Shown one piece after another: positions 60,497 to 64,000 of a stretch of DNA of 64,000 nucleotides. Under the pieces are notes generated by a model. The model made no database searches. It was not told the origin of the DNA and worked only from the letters and a program-made list of their open reading frames with translations. The translations under genes were made by a program, and so were the position numbers. The DNA is from Azolla caroliniana (taxonomy: Eukaryota; Plantae; Polypodiophyta). Location of the stretch: contig JBHGNT010000006.1 in assembly GCA_043228905.1 (NCBI GenBank), positions 11,346,001 to 11,410,000 of the forward strand, read 5' to 3'. The first letter of the stretch is position 1, and each line of letters begins with the position of its first letter.

Positions 60497-63400
60497 TGTC
60501 CTTCTTGACTCTGCCGCCTTCTGTTCTTCCCTCACCGGCGCAATCGGTAATCTTTTTCCCGTTGCCCGTTCTCCCCCTCAAGTGTGGCACGTCGAGATGC
60601 TGAAGACCAAGCATTTCGATGAAGTGTTGCAACTTGTCCGATCTGAGCGGCTTGGTGAAGATGTCGGCTACTTGCCGATCCATGTGAACATACCGTAGTT
60701 CAACTTCACCGCTCAGGACCTGCTCACGCACAAAGTGATAATGCACTTCTATGTGCTTCGTGCGAGCATGGAACACAGGGTTCTTGGCGAGTTGCATGCT
60801 GCTTATGTTGTTGCAGTAGACCAGAATCGGGGTCGGTACCTCGATCCGTAAGTCTTGCAGTAGTCGCCGAAGCTAGATGGCTTCACAGGTGGCAATGGTA
60901 GCGCCCCGATACTCAGCCTTAGTGCTCAACAGAGCAATTGTTGGCTGCTTTTTGCTGCTCCATGCAACAACCACGCTACCTAGGGAAAACATGTAACCGG
61001 AGGTTTAATCGGCGATCTGATGCATCGCCGACCCAGTCGGCATCCATGTAACCGACGAGCTCTTCGGTTATACCTCGCCGGTAGAATAGTCCTTGGTCCT
61101 TCGTGCCGTTTACATATCACAGTATCCGCTGCGTGCACTGAAGGTGCTCCACGGTCGGCTTCTGCATGAATTGACTTATCATTCCGACCGGATAGCTGAT
61201 GTCGGGTCGCGTGATAGTCAAGTAAATAAGGCTTTCGACGATTTGTCGGAACCGTTTCTCATTGCAGGCCGGTCCGGAATTGGGACGAAGCTTCTGGTTC
61301 CGGTCCAAGGGTGTGGAGACAGGTCAACATTCTGTCATGCCGAACTTGTACAACATATTCAAGATGTAATGTCGTTGTGAGAGCAATATGCCGTCGGGGG
61401 TTCGGATCACCTCGATCCCTAGAAAATAATGAAGGTCCCCCAGATCCTTCATCTCAAATGCGTTCGACAATTGGGACTTGACGCGGTTGATTTTTGGAAC
61501 TCTTGGTCCGGTGATGACTAGATCATCAACATACAGTAGTATACATACCGGACCGACTGAGCCTTGCCGGATGAACAATGAAGAGTTTGATTTGGAGGCC
61601 ACAAACCCCATCTTACGCAACCGGTGCGTGATCTTCGCATTCCAAGCTCAAGGGGCTTGCTTCAAGCCGTACAACGACTTCTTCAACCGGCATACCGCCG
61701 ACTTGTTCATCTCCGATTCAAAGCCGGGGGGCTGAGTTATAAAGACTTCTTCTTCAAGATCACCCTGAAGAAATGCATTCTTCACATCCATCTGGTGAAG
61801 ATGCCACCCCCTTGTTGTAGCAACCGCCAGCACCACACGAACCGTCGTCGTAGTCGATTCCATGGGTCTGCGCGTATCCCTTCGCCACTAACCGGGCTTT
61901 ATACCGGTTAACAGAACCGTCGACGTTGTACTTTACCTTGTATATTCACTTGCATCCGATCGGTTTACAGTGACGATGAGGGTCAACCAGGTCCCATGTC
62001 TTGTTGACATCAAGTGCCCGCATTTCTTCTTCCATAGCGGCACGCCAATTTGCGTCCTTGGCCGCTTCTGCGTAGCTCTCCGGCTCATGCACTTCCGCCA
62101 CCTTAGTCATGTACGCATAGTGATGCGCCATGTACTCATTGTACTTGTAGCGCTTGACGGGATCCTTGTGGCGGGTGGACCGACGTAACTCACTGTTACC
62201 CGGTTTGAGGCCCTTCTTGGCCGGTTCGGTCTTCGTTGCCGAAGATCCGCCTTTCTCCTTGCCGGAGTCGGATGCACTCTGATCCGACTCATCGTTTCCA
62301 GTTTTGAATTCCGACATCTTCTTCTTCCCCTTCTCTTTGCGCGTGAACCGTCGCCTTGGTTTCTTGCGCGGGGAGTGCATGGCAGAGTCTCCACTACTCG
62401 CCAATTCCTCATCGCACTGGTCAGATTGACTCAGTCTCTCGTTTGGCCTGCTCAACCGGAACGATTCCGGACTCTCATCCAGAGTCCACACTTCATCATC
62501 CTCTACCTGGGCCGGGTCAGGCTCATTAGCCTCATCCACCGGCACCGGGTTGGATTCGGAAGTCGAAGCCGGTAAGGAGTACCACGATGCCAATTCATAG
62601 AACCCGACATCTCGACTAACTCGGACCTGCTTTGTCCGGGGGTTATAACACTTATAACCCTTGTGCTCTTGAGCATAGCCGATTAGGATGCATTTTTCCG
62701 ATTTTGCATCCAGCTTCCTCCACTTCTCTTCTGGTACATGCACATATGCAATGCTACCGAAGATCTTAGGATGTCTCAAATTCAGCTTGCGTTCGAAATA
62801 CAGCTCGTGAGCTAACACCTTGTCACCGATCCGGTTCTGGATGTAGACAGTTGTTCGGACTGCCTCTGCCCAGTAGAATTTGGGCATGCTCTTCTCCTCC
62901 AGCATTGCCCTTGCCGCATCAATAAGCGTCCGGTTCTTCCTTTCGGCAACACCGTTCTGTTGCGGTGTGTATCTGCAGCTGAACTCTCGCCGAATACCCT
63001 TTTGCTGCAGATAACTGTTGAATTGGCAGGAAAAGTACTCTTTTCCGCCATCCGACCGCAGGCATTTGATCTTCCTCTCCGATTCCTGTTCCACCATGCT
63101 TTGGAGACTCCAGAAACACTCGAAGACTTCACTCTTCCGCTCAATGAGGTAGATCCATGTGTGCCACGTATAGTCGTCGATGAAGGAGACGAAATATCGA
63201 CTCCCGCCAAGACTAACATTCTGTGCTGGTCCCCACACATCCGAATAGATAAGGTCGAGCTTGTTACGGCTCCGGTTACGTTCGGTGGGGAATGGAAGCC
63301 GGTGTTGCTTCCCGAGTTGGCATGCTTCACATACTTGGGCCTTCCGGCCGCTAAACTTCGGCAAACCGAAAACAACTTGTTTCGTTTGCAGGTTTTGAAG

Positions 63401-64000
63401 CCTCCGCTTGTGCCACAGGTCAATGTCCGATTTGACCTTCTGTCCTTTTGCAAACAGAGCGGTGCCGACGTCATTGGTGTCGAGGATAAACATCCTCCCG
63501 TCTCTACGCCCTTGCGCAATAATCTGGCCCTCTTCCTCGATGAAGCACCCAAGGTGCGTAAACTGCACCAGCATCCCCTGGTCGACGATCTGTCCTACCG
63601 ACACCAGGTTCTTCGTGATTGTCGGAACGTGTAATACGTTCATCAACTTCCCCTTCTGTCCGACGTGGCTCAAAGGGACTTCTCCGACATGCACGATTGG
63701 GTGAGGAGTGTCGTCTCCGGTTTTGACTACTCCTGGTTGATCCGGTTTTTCCAAAAAGGAGAACCACTCTTTGTGGCTCGTCATGTGGTTCGATGCACCG
63801 GAGTCAACATACCACACTTCCTCCGATTTGGAAGTGGTCTTCTTCATCGAGTTCGCCTCGTGCTTCATCACCAAGGCTGGCCCGTTATCGTTCTTGGATC
63901 CTCCCGATCCCTTTGCGTAGTGCGAGCTTTACCGGCCATCCTTGCCGGCCTTGCCGGATCCGGATTTGTCCGAATCGGCACGTTTTCTCCAGCACTCGCT

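Larger units (their letters stand above)
58309..64000 (-). mobile_element. Copia element F (family of B and E): 3' LTR 58309-58693, PPT 59493-59504, degenerate pol running off the right edge
   Basis: LTR TGTTGAAGCGGCAAGCTCAA...TTTACA. ORF 63874-61946 has WYVDSGAS, SDVWGP, SDGGKEY and NGVAERKNR; RT fragments include LYVDDL and RH KNPVFHARTKHIEVHYHFVRE. Two solo LTRs are inserted. Confidence 0.92.

Overview
Eukaryotic, AT-rich, transposon-dense land-plant DNA. The retroelement lineages suggest a non-seed plant such as a fern; this is an inference. About 75% of the window is nested mobile DNA. It includes two sushi/Tcn1-like Ty3/gypsy chromoviruses, a decayed older gypsy host, and at least seven Ty1/copia elements or solo LTRs, several nested with exact TSDs. 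There is also an L1-type LINE fragment, a Sola-like DDD DNA transposon region, and a compact 4.6-kb gypsy element with -1-frame gag/pol. Two host genes face each other tail-to-tail: a 3-exon stand-alone hemerythrin (HHE) gene (41109-42707, +) and a Dof zinc-finger transcription factor (45037-46059, -). The most striking signals are five. (i) Both chromovirus LTRs lack a tRNA PBS and instead have a PBS complementary to their own predicted transcript 5' end (Tf1-type self-priming), with perfect heat-shock-element arrays upstream of the TATA box. (ii) One of these LTRs carries an antisense 71-nt tRNA-like A/B-box module. (iii) An FCP1/NIF pseudo-phosphatase ORF converges on the Sola-like transposase. 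(iv) The hemerythrin is of a fungal/actinobacterial type and is a horizontal-transfer candidate. (v) Copia insertions repeatedly hit the LTR termini of other copia elements. All calls come from reading the sequence by eye; no database searches were run.
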